The notes beneath the pieces were generated by a model. That model saw only the letters and a list, made by a program, of their open reading frames with translations, made no database searches and was not told the origin of the DNA. Of a stretch of DNA of 26,384 nt, positions 26,154 through 26,384 are shown piece by piece. Location: IMG/VR virus record IMGVR_UViG_3300042807_000384, positions 1 through 26,384 of that record. One strand, written 5' to 3'. The stretch comes from a virus (lineage: Duplodnaviria; Caudoviricetes). How positions within the stretch are numbered: position 1 is the stretch's first letter; each line of letters begins with the position of its first letter. The position numbers and the translations under genes are program-made.

Positions 26154-26384
26154 ATGCATTTGATTGATCAACAACTTAATTTAATGATTCGTGGTTATTT
26201 TGATGATGCCTGGAAAATTTCAGAAGAATTACAACAAGTTCTACCTGACGATCCTAGAGCAAAATTTAATAGAGGCTGGCATTTAATTCATCAAGGTAAA
26301 CTAGTAGAAGGATTTAAGCTGCTCGAGTACGGCAGAGGCTTGAATGTCTATGGAAGTCCTAAAATTAATACAACAAAACCTATT
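26154..26384 (+). CDS. 3'-truncated TPR-like protein, possibly the N-terminus of a TPR-GT9-like glycosyltransferase
   Basis: AGAGGT RBS and ATG 26154, open to the window end: MHLIDQQLNLMIRGYFDDAWKISEELQQVLPDDPRAKFNRGWHLIHQGKLVEGFKLLEYGRGLNVYGSPKINTTKPI. The PDDPRAKFNRGW..L..G...EG pattern is TPR-like. The catalytic part is not visible. Confidence 0.55.
   Translation, partial: MHLIDQQLNLMIRGYFDDAWKISEELQQVLPDDPRAKFNRGWHLIHQGKLVEGFKLLEYGRGLNVYGSPKINTTKPI

Noticed and set aside
1-26384. Stop-codon reassignment, tRNA/rRNA genes, introns/inteins, rho-independent terminators
   Set aside because: Genes tile densely under the standard code with TAA, TAG and TGA all used as stops. No cloverleaf, splicing motifs or GC hairpin plus U-tract were recognised by eye.

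Overview
Virion-structural (baseplate and tail-fibre) region of a large T4-like myovirus. The host cannot be determined from this window. The + strand carries a 5'-truncated DUF4815/VrlC-like structural protein whose usual C-terminal part is a separate gene, and several fibre genes. Two of these are proline-poor GFTGS/GYTGS collagen-like fibres ending in Peptidase_S74 intramolecular chaperones. Also on the + strand are a glycine-rich gp38-like adhesin, a cupin, a METTL20/COG3897-like methyltransferase, a tail-fibre assembly chaperone, a 1429-aa RCC1/BLIP-II-repeat protein and a 3'-truncated TPR-type gene. A two-gene glycosyltransferase cassette (GT4+GT2 and GT2+FkbM) lies on the - strand between two related fibre genes. 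T4-type late promoter motifs (ATAAATA) recur in intergenic gaps. Three observations stand out. (1) The 28 RCC1 repeats parse exactly into four 7-bladed propellers nested inside one another. (2) Exact DNA blocks are shared between non-adjacent blades, suggesting loop shuffling. (3) The GT cassette beside Thr/Ser-rich collagen fibres suggests a virion fibre glycosylation/methylation system. All family calls come from motif recognition by eye, not database searches, and counts are by hand.
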